A stretch of DNA of 64,000 bases from Bacteroidota bacterium (GCA_026416125.1 JAOAFT010000006.1:13015-77014); one strand, 5' to 3'; counted from the first letter of the stretch, positions 41,343-51,882 are shown. Notes: generated from the sequence alone by a model not told the origin. A program made the numbers and translations.

Positions 41343-42551
41343 ATGGCTGAACATAAAAACATTGTCGTTGTTGGTGCAGGGTATGGTGGAATTACCGCTG
41401 CACTCCGTCTTGCACGCCTCTTCAGGAAACATTCTGAGTACTCAATTCACTTAGTTGATCGTAATCCGTACCACACACTCAAAACGCAACTTCACGAAGC
41501 AGCTGTCCATCGAAAAGAAGTAACAATTCCTATTGACCGTATCATTCGTAAAAAGAGCATACATTTCCACCTCGGCGAGGTAACAAACCTCGATATTACA
41601 AATAAGACTCTCTTCGTCAACGAATGTTCTCTTCCTTACTATATCGTTGTGTTAGCACTTGGGAGCTTGGCTAACTTTTACTCGATTCCTGGACTTCAAG
41701 AGTACTCATTCCCACTTCAAACAGCTGAAGATGCCGAACGTCTCTATGCCCACATTCGGAAACTCTGTGAGAACGCGAAAAACGAAGCAGATCCGCAACA
41801 ACGAAAGCAGTACCTCCGATACATAATTGGTGGTGGTGGTCTTTCCGGCGTCGAGTTCGCTGCCGAACTTGCTGAGTACCTTGAAGATTGCAACCATAGA
41901 GCAGGTTTTGAACGTCCAGAATTCGAAATCATTCTTGTTGAAGCGATGGATACCATCCTCCCAACACTCGATGCATCACTCCGTGAACGCATAACAGCAA
42001 AACTCAAAGAGAAAAATGTTACAATTCTAACGAACACTCGTGTGCTTGCATGTACAGCAACCTCGGTCACGCTTTCACCAAACACCATACTCCCAACTCA
42101 CACTGTTGTGTGGACTGGCGGCATCCGTATCACCAATATGCCACAGGAAAGTAAAATTACAACAGGACCACTTGGTCGTATTGTTGTCGATAAGTACTTA
42201 CGTTCCATCGATTCACCATACATTTATGCAATTGGAGATAATGCACTTGCTCTCAACCCAACAACAGGAAAACCTGTACCAGCTGCAGCACAGTTTGCTC
42301 TCCAACAAGGGCGTCTTGTAGCACACAACATCTACGTCGACTGTATTGGCGGAACAAAACGGGAGTACCATCCCAAAGTACTCGGTGAAGTTGTAAGTCT
42401 GGGTAAACACCTTGCTGTAGGTTGGCTTGCTGTACCACCACTTGGGAAAATCAGGTTCCTCGGCTTTATAGGTCGACTCCTAAAAGCAGCAGTTACTGAA
42501 AAACACATCGTACTCCTCCGAAAAGAAAGCCGAAACTGGATCACCTACTAA
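41343..42551 (+). CDS. ndh: Type II NADH dehydrogenase (NDH-2).
   Basis: Two dinucleotide-binding motifs (IVVVGAGYGG; YIIGGGGLSGVEFAAEL). Confidence 0.85.
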   Translation: MAEHKNIVVVGAGYGGITAALRLARLFRKHSEYSIHLVDRNPYHTLKTQLHEAAVHRKEVTIPIDRIIRKKSIHFHLGEVTNLDITNKTLFVNECSLPYYIVVLALGSLANFYSIPGLQEYSFPLQTAEDAERLYAHIRKLCENAKNEADPQQRKQYLRYIIGGGGLSGVEFAAELAEYLEDCNHRAGFERPEFEIILVEAMDTILPTLDASLRERITAKLKEKNVTILTNTRVLACTATSVTLSPNTILPTHTVVWTGGIRITNMPQESKITTGPLGRIVVDKYLRSIDSPYIYAIGDNALALNPTTGKPVPAAAQFALQQGRLVAHNIYVDCIGGTKREYHPKVLGEVVSLGKHLAVGWLAVPPLGKIRFLGFIGRLLKAAVTEKHIVLLRKESRNWITY

Positions 42552-42829
42552 TCGAAAGAAATCCGGCGAAACAAGCGTACTTATACTTTAGGATTGTAGC
42601 TCCATACGCTTTTCTCCTCTTTACGGGCACCAGCGATGAACCTTTTTACCAGAATCTATTTGCTACAAGTGTAATATACTGCACACAAGTATTTTGCAGG
42701 AAACATGGTTTACAAAGTGTACACTTTTTTCTCGTACTTCCTGAGATTTCTTCAATAGTTGTAGAGTCGTTTTTTTGCAGAATTTTCGGTATAATGCCCT
42801 AAACGGTTTACTAATCGAAGCAGGGGAAC

Positions 42830-45800
42830 ATGTCACACGCAATTGCGGTATTGATAGCAGTACTGTTCATCGCTCTACCAATCTATGCACAGGGAGTGAT
42901 GTACCCTTATCGGCAGAACTTTGATTCCGTCAGCACACCATTTTTCCCAAGTGGATGGGATGCTGTAGGATTCACACTCTCAACATCTTCACCGCGTTCT
43001 TCTCCGAACTGTGTGTACACAGCTGGTAACACAGCTAAGAAGACACTTACCACACCACCCTTTGACTTTGTGAAAAGAAATCCAGAAAAACTTACATTCT
43101 GGGAACGACGCTCAGCAACAGCTCTCACTTATCGACTTGAAGTCCGAGCTGCTATTGAGGATACAAATTTTTCCATACTTCTCGCCCGTTTTGACACTAG
43201 TCCATCAACTACAAGTTACATACTCAGGAGTGTTGATCTTTCTTCCAGTGTACTTGCTAACCGTTCAAACGTTCGATTTCGGTGGGTACTCCTCCAGGAT
43301 AACACCAATTCTACTGGTACACTCCGTATTGATGATGTAAGTATCACCGTACTGCCGACATACGATGTTGGAGTATCAGCGTTTACAATTTCAACTATCA
43401 ATCCAACCCGACGTGACTCATTAATATTCACAGCGACTATTTCAAATTACGCAACAAACTGTGGACGCGTACCTGTTTACTTTGGGCGAGATCTTAACGA
43501 AAACGGTAAAGCCGACCCCAACGAATTTATTACAACTGTTTCTATCGACACTCTTTTTGGAGGCGATTCATCAATTCTACAGTTTATCCATCCTCCATTA
43601 AAGCCAGCAGCCTATTCATTTTTCACTCTCACAGCAGCACTATCCGATGAGAATCGTTCAAATGACACTAGCATGTTATGGTGTACTATTGGATTTTGCA
43701 GAGGTGATGTTATCATTAATGAATTCCTCTATGCGCCAACTGGTGATGAGGACGAATGGATAGAACTCTATAACACGACATCCGATTCTGTGAATCTTCG
43801 GTTGTGGAAAGTTGCTGATAATAGTACTGCAGGGAAAACAACAATTACTACAAGCGATGTCATTTTCCCTCCTCGTTCGTACGCAGTACTATACAAGGAT
43901 CATATGTTCACCACACTTCACCCCGGTGTATTTGGGGTTCGAGTGCCTTTTGCTGCGCTCAACAACACCACGTCTGACGCAATTGTGCTCTATGACTCAC
44001 GGAACGTTGTTATCGATAGTCTTCGGTACGAACCATCATGGGGAGGAAAGAATGGGAAATCACTTGAGCGTATTGAGCCTGAACAACCGAGTACATCGAG
44101 AAGTAATTGGCAAACAAGTGATTCTACCATTGGCACACCAGGATTTGAAAACAGTGTTGCACGGAAAATGATTGATCTTGCAATTACAGCAATCAATGCG
44201 CGTTTTTTATATTCTACACCTCCTCAGTGGTTTATTGAACTTGTCGTTAAAAACATTGGAATTTCGACAGTCAAGGGTTGTACCACTCTTTTTTATCTTG
44301 ATACAAACAATAACGCTATCGCTGAGTGGAACGAGGAATGTGTACATTTATTCAACCAAGAACAAATAGTCAAAGGTGATTCTCTCTGCATACGTACAAC
44401 ACTGAATACCTCAGTATGGGGTGAACAAACACTTTTAGTACACCTAGTCGTACCAAACGACGAACGACTAAAAAACAATTTTACTTCACTACTCCTCAAC
44501 AGTGGCTATCCTCCCTCCTCAGTTGTCATCAACGAACTCCAATATGCCCCACCTGAAGGTCAGTGTGAATGGCTAGAACTCTTCAATCGTTCTCACATTC
44601 CAATTAATCTCAAAGGATGGACCTTTGCAGACCGTCCATCACCATCGGGGAATAGAACCATCGTAAAGATTACCGATTCAAATATTGTACTTCTTCCTCA
44701 ATCCTATTGCGTTATTGCAGCTGATTCAATTATCAAGGAAGCATTCCCATCTCTTTCTTCTAAAGTGCTCCTACTAATTCTACAGCGTTCTTCAGGTTTT
44801 AGTTTTAACAACGATAGCGATGCAGTTGTCTTGTACGATGGCATTGGTAATTGCATCGATAGTATCGTCTATATATCGACATGGTCACGAGTAAAAAACA
44901 GATCTCTCGAACGGTACGATACTGAAATACCTGCTCTCGATGTCTTGCAATGGTCGAGTACAGAATCCACAAGCGGCGGTACACCTGGTTTACCAAATAC
45001 GACTGCACGAAAAACATACGATATTGCTCTTGCACGAGCAACGCCTGAGTATTCACATTCGATGAAACACTGGACCATCGTGACAACAGTAAAAAATCTT
45101 GGGCGAATTACTGTACCATCGTACACTCTCACATTTTCACTCGATGGTAACAGGAACTATCTTCCAGAGCCTCATGAAGAACTTTTAGCGCTCAACATTT
45201 CTGAAATACTTGAACCTCTCGATTCTATGACCATTACAACATTGCTCCCCCAACTTCCTGCGGGCGATCAAAGGATACTTGTTGTTCTTACAGAAGACCA
45301 TGACGAACAACAGCGTAACAATACCATCTCTCTTTCTATTACATGTGGATATCCACCTCAATCAATTGTTATCACAGAACTATGTTTTGATCCACCCCCG
45401 GATCAATGTGAGTGGTTCGAACTCTTGAATCGCACAAGCGAGCCGATTAATCTTTTTAAGTGGTCGTTCGCAGATCGACCAACTGCCTCTGGATATCGGA
45501 ATAAATTTACAATTGGAGATTCAATATTTATTCTTCCACCATACAGTTATTGTGTTATCGCCGCAGACTCTACCATCTTTGAGGTTTTCCCTTCTCTTCA
45601 ACACTCTCAAGTACTCATTTTCAACAGAACAACAGGGTTTGGCTTAAATAACGATACTGATGCACTTACTCTTTACGATAACGCAGGAAATTCTATCGAT
45701 AGTGTTACATACTCAGCAAACTGGTTTCGTGTAAAACAGAAAGCCATCGAACGCATCGATGTAGAACAACCGGCACACGATTCAACAAATTGGAGTACTT

Positions 45801-47032
45801 CAGAATCTCCTCAAAGTGGTACACCAGGAGCACCAAACACTGTTGAACGGAAGAACTTCGACATCTGTATCACATACCCCTCTGCCATTGTACAACAAGA
45901 ACATACTATCTTGAGTCTAACAGTGCGAAACGTTGGTCGAGCACCATCATATAGTTTTACAGTTGTCTGTTTTCGCGATAGTAACACCAATACAAGACCA
46001 GATCCATCTGAAGTACTCCTCACAAGAAACTACACTGAGCTCCTTGCACCAAATGATTCGTTGCGTATTGAACTTTTGCTTTCGTACACATTCTATGGTA
46101 CATCAACACTTATGATCATTGTTTTTGATTCGCTTGACCAACGACCAAACAACAATACTGCCACAGTTAGCCTTACTCGATCGTACCCACACCGTTCACT
46201 CGTTATCAACGAAATTCTTTTCAATCCGTTGAATGGACAGAATGAGTGGTTTGAAGTATATAATCGATCACAACTCCCCATTGATCTCAAACGGTGGTAT
46301 ATTGCAGATGCACCTACACCGAGTGGAATACGATCGGTAGTACGAATTTCAGATTCGTCGTATATCCTTTACCCTGGCGAGTACTGTTGTATTGCATCAG
46401 ATTCGAGTATCTTTTCTTTTACCTTTAAAGCGTCCTCACGTGTTCATATTATTACACGCCCGAGTGGTTTTAACTTAGGAAATGATGGTGATGCTTTAGT
46501 ATTGTTCGATCACACAGGAACCCAAATTGATAGCGTATTCTTCTCAGCACAGTGGCACAATCCACGTGTAGCAGATACAAAAGGACGCTCACTTGAGCGA
46601 TTGAATCCAGAATTCGATTCCAACGACCCTCGTTCATGGGGCACGTGCACTCTTCCGGTGGGTGGTACCCCTGCTCACCAAAACAGCATTGCACTCCCAC
46701 TTCCACAGATTGGGGACGTGGTTACTATCGCCCCCAACCCTTTCTCGCCTGATGGAGATGGATATGAAGACCACTGTGCCATTCGCTACTCTCTCCCGTT
46801 CACAGCAACTTTCGTTACCATACGCATTTTCGATGTACGAGGGAGACTTGTGAAAACGCTAGCTGACCGCGAATATCGATCAGGAAATGATGTTATTATT
46901 TGGAATGGGTATGATGATTACAATCGAAGGGTTCGTGTTGGAATTTATATTGTCTTTTTTGAAGCTCGCGAACCACAAACACAGACTATTTTTCGGAATA
47001 AATATATTCTTATCACTGGAACTAAACTTTAA
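42830..47032 (+). CDS. 1400-aa secreted modular protein: four alternating CARDB-like and Lamin-tail-domain (LTD) modules plus a C-terminal T9SS type-B sorting domain.
   Basis: Signal peptide. LTD signatures occur four times (VIINEFLYAP..DEWIELYN; VVINELQYAP..CEWLELFN; IVITELCFDP..CEWFELLN; LVINEILFNP..NEWFEVYN). C-terminus has NPFSPDGDGYED...IRIFDVRGRLV (CHU_C/type-B-like). Confidence 0.8.
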   Translation: MSHAIAVLIAVLFIALPIYAQGVMYPYRQNFDSVSTPFFPSGWDAVGFTLSTSSPRSSPNCVYTAGNTAKKTLTTPPFDFVKRNPEKLTFWERRSATALTYRLEVRAAIEDTNFSILLARFDTSPSTTSYILRSVDLSSSVLANRSNVRFRWVLLQDNTNSTGTLRIDDVSITVLPTYDVGVSAFTISTINPTRRDSLIFTATISNYATNCGRVPVYFGRDLNENGKADPNEFITTVSIDTLFGGDSSILQFIHPPLKPAAYSFFTLTAALSDENRSNDTSMLWCTIGFCRGDVIINEFLYAPTGDEDEWIELYNTTSDSVNLRLWKVADNSTAGKTTITTSDVIFPPRSYAVLYKDHMFTTLHPGVFGVRVPFAALNNTTSDAIVLYDSRNVVIDSLRYEPSWGGKNGKSLERIEPEQPSTSRSNWQTSDSTIGTPGFENSVARKMIDLAITAINARFLYSTPPQWFIELVVKNIGISTVKGCTTLFYLDTNNNAIAEWNEECVHLFNQEQIVKGDSLCIRTTLNTSVWGEQTLLVHLVVPNDERLKNNFTSLLLNSGYPPSSVVINELQYAPPEGQCEWLELFNRSHIPINLKGWTFADRPSPSGNRTIVKITDSNIVLLPQSYCVIAADSIIKEAFPSLSSKVLLLILQRSSGFSFNNDSDAVVLYDGIGNCIDSIVYISTWSRVKNRSLERYDTEIPALDVLQWSSTESTSGGTPGLPNTTARKTYDIALARATPEYSHSMKHWTIVTTVKNLGRITVPSYTLTFSLDGNRNYLPEPHEELLALNISEILEPLDSMTITTLLPQLPAGDQRILVVLTEDHDEQQRNNTISLSITCGYPPQSIVITELCFDPPPDQCEWFELLNRTSEPINLFKWSFADRPTASGYRNKFTIGDSIFILPPYSYCVIAADSTIFEVFPSLQHSQVLIFNRTTGFGLNNDTDALTLYDNAGNSIDSVTYSANWFRVKQKAIERIDVEQPAHDSTNWSTSESPQSGTPGAPNTVERKNFDICITYPSAIVQQEHTILSLTVRNVGRAPSYSFTVVCFRDSNTNTRPDPSEVLLTRNYTELLAPNDSLRIELLLSYTFYGTSTLMIIVFDSLDQRPNNNTATVSLTRSYPHRSLVINEILFNPLNGQNEWFEVYNRSQLPIDLKRWYIADAPTPSGIRSVVRISDSSYILYPGEYCCIASDSSIFSFTFKASSRVHIITRPSGFNLGNDGDALVLFDHTGTQIDSVFFSAQWHNPRVADTKGRSLERLNPEFDSNDPRSWGTCTLPVGGTPAHQNSIALPLPQIGDVVTIAPNPFSPDGDGYEDHCAIRYSLPFTATFVTIRIFDVRGRLVKTLADREYRSGNDVIIWNGYDDYNRRVRVGIYIVFFEAREPQTQTIFRNKYILITGTKL

Positions 47033-47182
47033 CTGGTTAGTTATGACTACTCTTAATTCTTTATCACTTATCCTTATCAAAAAACACTAAAACTTTATAA
47101 CCTCGAAATTGCAAGTAATAAAAACTTTTTTAATACATTTGTTATTAACTCATTTAACTTTAAATCTAAAGTATACCACTTT

Positions 47183-48106
47183 ATGATGACACATTTCTAT
47201 ATTATAGTCCATTTCTTTACTTTCGGTGCTGGAGTAATGCTTGTTTCTTTCTCTCTCATTGCTTTTAAAAAAACACAAAAGATATTTTACCTAAATCTTT
47301 TCTACTTTACGATAGTAATAATTATTTTTTCATTCTTAGGCTTTTTATACACGTACAAAACAGGGCTACAGCTTCAGTTCCCTACATTGTATTTTCGCGT
47401 CTATGATATTCTATGGTCTCTTTTCTGGTTTCTCTATTACCGTATTTCCCCTCGTTTTTTCTACCATATACTCGAAAAAACTATACCACGAATTGTTGAG
47501 ATCTGCTTTAATGCCATAAGTTTTGTTGCAATTCCATACTTACTGGTTTACACTTTTAACATTCTAACACTAAAAAACGCTATCGATATCATTGTAGAAA
47601 TCTTACTGTATTTGAGTGCTCTCTTCCACTGTGTTTTAGTCTTTCACTATAAAAACAACGTTAAAAAACCAGAAATGAGGCATTATGTCCAATATGTCTC
47701 TATTTACTTTTTTATATTTATTCCCCTCGCGTGCCTTAATGTTTTCTTAAACTTTACCCTGCTTCCTATTATTGAAAACAACTTAAAAAATTATTTAATC
47801 TCGTTTTCAGTTCTTGCTTGGTTTATATTAAACATTATTTTTCTGTTCCGACAATTTTCTTTAGAAAGTACTCATATAGCTTTTGAAATTCCAAAAGAAG
47901 TACAAGCCAAATATGGTTTAACAGACCGCGAAATTCAAATAATCAAACTACTCGTTGACAGGTATAGTTATAAAGAAATAGCTTACCAACTCTTCATCTC
48001 AGTACCCACCGTTAAGTATCATGCCTCTAATATCTATTTTAAGCTCAATATTAAAACAAGAGCAGAACTTATCGAACTCCTAAAAAAATACAGTTACACT
48101 TCGTAA
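47183..48106 (+). CDS. Polytopic membrane protein with a C-terminal LuxR/GerE-type HTH (membrane-bound one-component regulator).
   Basis: About 6-7 predicted TM helices over ~230 aa, followed by LTDREIQIIKLLVDRYSYKEIAYQLFISVPTVKYHASNIYFKL. Very AT-rich. Confidence 0.75.
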   Translation: MMTHFYIIVHFFTFGAGVMLVSFSLIAFKKTQKIFYLNLFYFTIVIIIFSFLGFLYTYKTGLQLQFPTLYFRVYDILWSLFWFLYYRISPRFFYHILEKTIPRIVEICFNAISFVAIPYLLVYTFNILTLKNAIDIIVEILLYLSALFHCVLVFHYKNNVKKPEMRHYVQYVSIYFFIFIPLACLNVFLNFTLLPIIENNLKNYLISFSVLAWFILNIIFLFRQFSLESTHIAFEIPKEVQAKYGLTDREIQIIKLLVDRYSYKEIAYQLFISVPTVKYHASNIYFKLNIKTRAELIELLKKYSYTS

Positions 48107-48254
48107 TAGTCTTGAGATGTAAATTTTTATAAAAACTATACAAAAAGTATAGGTCATTTTACTAGACATCTTACTACATTGCAGACAACCATTGTCAGAG
48201 GAGATTAACACTACACAAATAATAAAATCCTTAAAAACGGGAAAGGGCAAAATT

Positions 48255-49835
48255 ATGAAAAGACAAATAATGATAAAAATCATAACCATGTTAATGGTTA
48301 TGATCACGAACAGATGCTTCGCACAAATACCCCAATTGTTGAATTATCAAGGTGTTCTTTGTGACAGCTCAGGATTACCTATAAGCGATGGGACATATAC
48401 GCTAATATTTAAACTTTATGATCATGCAACTAAAAGTGGTGAGCTTTGGTCTGAACAACAAATAGTTACCGTTCGCAAAGGTGTTTTTTCAGTTAATCTT
48501 GGAACTCAATCTCAATTAAATTTGCCTTTTAATAAGCAATATTGGCTTGGTATTACAATAGGTAATGGTAACGAATTAACGCCTCGAATACAATTAACAT
48601 CTTCAGCTTATAGTATGAATTCGATTTCGGTAGCAGATAGTTCAATAACTAGTATTAAGATCAAAGAAGGTGCTATAACATCATCGAAAATAGCAACAAA
48701 TGCAATTACGCAAACAAAACTTGCAGATAGTACCGTTACCACAGAAAAATTAGCAAATTTAAGCGTAACATCATCCAAACTGGCAAACAATTCTGTAACA
48801 ACCGAAAAAATTGCAGATGGAGCCATTACCCAATCTAAGCTTGCTCAAGGTATCTCTATCCCTGTAAGCGGCAATGCTGGTGGCGATCTCACTGGCACAT
48901 ATCCAAATCCAATTATTGGAAACGCTAAAGTAACCAAAGAAAAATTGGCTGATTCGGCCGTAACTACTGCAAAACTCGCCGTCAATTCTGTAACAACCGA
49001 AAAAATTGCAGATGGAGCCATTACCCAATCTAAGCTTGCTCAAGGTATCTCTATCCCTGTAAGCGGCAATGCTGGTGGCGATCTCACTGGCACATATCCT
49101 GACCCTACAATCAAAGACAAAGCAATAGCAAGCAAACACATAAATTGGCCAATCCAATTATCTGATGAGCTCGTATTAGGAAACCCTGGTACTTACTCAC
49201 TCCAAGCAAGTCGATACTCTGGTACTTTACAACTTTGCCCCAATAACACTTCGTATGCTCCTCTTTTTGTGGTCAAAGGCAATTATAGTTACTCTGCTTG
49301 GCTTGGTGGAAATGTACTAATCTCAAACGGAAACTTAACTGTAAATGGGAATCTACTTGTATTTGGTTCAAAGAGTTTTATCATCGACCACCCACTCGAT
49401 CCCGCGAATAAATACCTTGTTCACTTTTGCATTGAATCCAACAAGCCATTGAACGTTTACACTGGTACAGTCGTTACAGATAGAGATGGAAATGCCACTA
49501 TTGACCTACCAGCTTATTTTGAAGCTATAAATCGTGACTTCCATTACCAACTAACTGTCCTTGGTCAATTTGCACAAGCTATTGTAAGTGAAGAGATTCA
49601 CAATAACCGTTTTTCAATAAAAACCGACAAGCCAAATGTTAAAGTGAGTTGGCAAGTAACAAGTGTTCGTAACGATCTTTCCATGCAGGGATCACTTCCT
49701 CAAACTGAAGTTTATAAAAGTGTAAAAGAACGTGGGAAGTACTTCAATCCAAAACTCTATGGTGCACCTCCATCATCAGGTTTATACAACAACGAGTTGC
49801 CACAACATTTAAACGATAGTCATGAATCGAACTAA
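48255..49835 (+). CDS. Secreted tail-fiber-like protein. Domains in order: conserved N-terminal domain, ~10-residue xITxxKLAxx repeats, C-terminal tail-fiber-type domain. The ORF-track start is 48192; the likely start is MKRQIM with a signal peptide.
   Basis: Signal peptide MKRQIMIKIITMLMVMITNRCFAQ. Decapeptide repeats (AITSSKIATN / AITQTKLADS / VTTEKLANLS ...). Perfect 39-aa internal duplication. C-terminal KSFIIDHPLDP...YQLTVLGQFAQAIV resembles Bacteroidetes tail-fibre-domain proteins (from memory). Confidence 0.55.
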   Translation: MKRQIMIKIITMLMVMITNRCFAQIPQLLNYQGVLCDSSGLPISDGTYTLIFKLYDHATKSGELWSEQQIVTVRKGVFSVNLGTQSQLNLPFNKQYWLGITIGNGNELTPRIQLTSSAYSMNSISVADSSITSIKIKEGAITSSKIATNAITQTKLADSTVTTEKLANLSVTSSKLANNSVTTEKIADGAITQSKLAQGISIPVSGNAGGDLTGTYPNPIIGNAKVTKEKLADSAVTTAKLAVNSVTTEKIADGAITQSKLAQGISIPVSGNAGGDLTGTYPDPTIKDKAIASKHINWPIQLSDELVLGNPGTYSLQASRYSGTLQLCPNNTSYAPLFVVKGNYSYSAWLGGNVLISNGNLTVNGNLLVFGSKSFIIDHPLDPANKYLVHFCIESNKPLNVYTGTVVTDRDGNATIDLPAYFEAINRDFHYQLTVLGQFAQAIVSEEIHNNRFSIKTDKPNVKVSWQVTSVRNDLSMQGSLPQTEVYKSVKERGKYFNPKLYGAPPSSGLYNNELPQHLNDSHESN

Positions 49836-49862
49836 CCCGTACATTGCCAAAGGAGATTACTA

Positions 49863-50396
49863 ATGTGGAAAAATTTATGGAAAAAAGTACAGTACCCTCT
49901 TCTTATCTTCATCGTTTTATCTCCAGAATGGGGATACTCACAATTTATTAAATCATCCACTTTTGGAAGTGGAAGCAATACCTGCTTTTCGAGCACCCAT
50001 AGTGTAAGTGGAATTGTAGGACAAAATATCGTAGGACGTGTTTCAAACACTGTGTATTCTCTCCTCTCTGGCTACTGGTCTCACCGTCATTATTCTACAA
50101 CAGCTCTTGAATACACAACAACTAATTATCCACAACAACTGCAATTATTCAATAATTATCCCAATCCATTTAATGCTTCTACCACTATTTCATTTGTAAT
50201 CCCAAAACCATCCTATGTAACATTGAAAATTTACAATTTATTAGGACAAGAAGTCGCAACTTTAATTGAAAAAGAATTATTACCAGGAATATATTCTCAC
50301 ACTTGGAACACAGTTACAGCATCAAGTGGAATGTATGTTTGCGTGCTAAAAGTAGATCAATGTATTGAAACAAAGAAATTATTACTTGTCAAGTAA
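49863..50396 (+). CDS. Small T9SS type-A C-terminal sorting domain protein (mini-cargo, ~90-aa passenger).
   Basis: Signal peptide. C-terminal NYPNPFNASTTISFVIPKPSYVTLKIYNLLGQEVATLIEKELLPGIYSHTWN...SGMYVCVLKV (Por_Secre_tail-like). Confidence 0.75.
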   Translation: MWKNLWKKVQYPLLIFIVLSPEWGYSQFIKSSTFGSGSNTCFSSTHSVSGIVGQNIVGRVSNTVYSLLSGYWSHRHYSTTALEYTTTNYPQQLQLFNNYPNPFNASTTISFVIPKPSYVTLKIYNLLGQEVATLIEKELLPGIYSHTWNTVTASSGMYVCVLKVDQCIETKKLLLVK

Positions 50397-50855
50397 AAAT
50401 TCTTCATGTATGATGGGTGATTGGTGGAGTTATACAAAACACTTGAACTGTTGAGAAATTAAGTATTTAATTCTCATTATAATACGATGTGTGATTCCAC
50501 CAATCTTATGTATATTACCGTATAGAATTCAACCTGTAGAACATATAATTTTCTGATATTTAGACAATAGTAAGAGTACTCCCCCGTTTTCCCATAATTC
50601 ATGATGATCGCGTTTTCTACTTATACTCCACCTATTTTCCTTCTAATGAAATCTTTTACGATAATGCCATGTGTCATTCTCTACATTTTTATCCATAAAT
50701 ACTCTCTTTATTCTTCCAAATTTTGTAATATTGACTAATACCCCATACAATAAGTACAAACTCTATCAGACTCATAAAGTGCAAACGATGTGATTCAAGT
50801 TCGTTCTCAAAATTATTGAATAATACAGGGAAATTCTCTACATTATGATAGTGAA

Positions 50856-50927
<72 letters not shown>

Positions 50928-50955
50928 TCTACTTTCAAAGGAAATTCTCTATACC

Positions 50956-51882
50956 TCAATAGAGTACCAACCACTTACCGTGAGCTGGTTTCCCTAGTAC
51001 TTTTCGAATCCCTGGTGCCGGAAAATGGTAAAGATCGAGAACTCGTACAAGTGCTTTCCAGGTATCATGGTCTACAGGGAGCGTAGCGAGATTGTAATCG
51101 AGTGCTATAACAAATTTACGGGAGGGTACTCCAGGAGGGTAAATTGGTGTTCCACTAACCCAGTGTGGTCGACTTGAAATATTCTCTCCACCGTATCCAA
51201 TTGCAATGTTGAGGAATGGTACCCAGTACGACTTTACTTTCTCTGGTAACAGATTGTAAACATCAATCGTAAGCCAGTACAGATGTCCATCGTAGTCATC
51301 CGTAATCCGAAAGTGCCGATCAAAGGGTATAATACCAGAAGGGTAGTAACTCCATTTAAATTTAAAATTATTAAAGAACGGTACACATCGCTGAAGATAC
51401 GCATATCCTATACCAAGAATATTTGCATTCAGATCAGTCATTGAAAACGCATACGTCGAGAAACCATCTCCAATTTCAATGGAGAGCGCATAGAAAAAGG
51501 ATATACCACTGCTCCACCACTGAGCAGTCAATTCAGAGTAACCACCCCAGCGGAATAATTCATAGAGAATAGTAGTGTATGCATACGAAGTATAGAAATG
51601 TCCTATTTTATCGACACCAAGAGAATAGTTGTGCCAGAACCCATCGTTTTCAAATCGAAACGGGTGATAATTTCCTTCCCACCACCACTTGTATTCGAGA
51701 TATGTTGTAAAGAGAGTGTGAACAGCAATACCAGCTGTAATAAATGGCTTCCTCTGGAGGTACCATGGAGACCCATCCATTGCTCTCGTAGAATCCAATT
51801 TCTGAGCATGGATATAAGACACTGCGACCTGTGTGAGAGAGATAAGGATTATATATTTTCTAAAAGTCAAAGTAAACCCCAA
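50956..51882 (-). CDS. Hypothetical secreted (outer-membrane?) protein. TTG start per the ORF track.
   Basis: N-terminal signal-like segment. Trp/Tyr-rich. No motif recognised. Confidence 0.45.
   Translation of the reverse strand: MGFTLTFRKYIILISLTQVAVSYIHAQKLDSTRAMDGSPWYLQRKPFITAGIAVHTLFTTYLEYKWWWEGNYHPFRFENDGFWHNYSLGVDKIGHFYTSYAYTTILYELFRWGGYSELTAQWWSSGISFFYALSIEIGDGFSTYAFSMTDLNANILGIGYAYLQRCVPFFNNFKFKWSYYPSGIIPFDRHFRITDDYDGHLYWLTIDVYNLLPEKVKSYWVPFLNIAIGYGGENISSRPHWVSGTPIYPPGVPSRKFVIALDYNLATLPVDHDTWKALVRVLDLYHFPAPGIRKVLGKPAHGKWLVLY

Noticed and set aside
48771-49157. 128-aa minus-strand ORF with an internal protein repeat.
   Set aside because: It is the mirror image of the in-frame 116-bp duplication in the + strand tail-fibre-like gene, not an independent gene or a CRISPR-like array. 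There are only two copies and no spacer structure.
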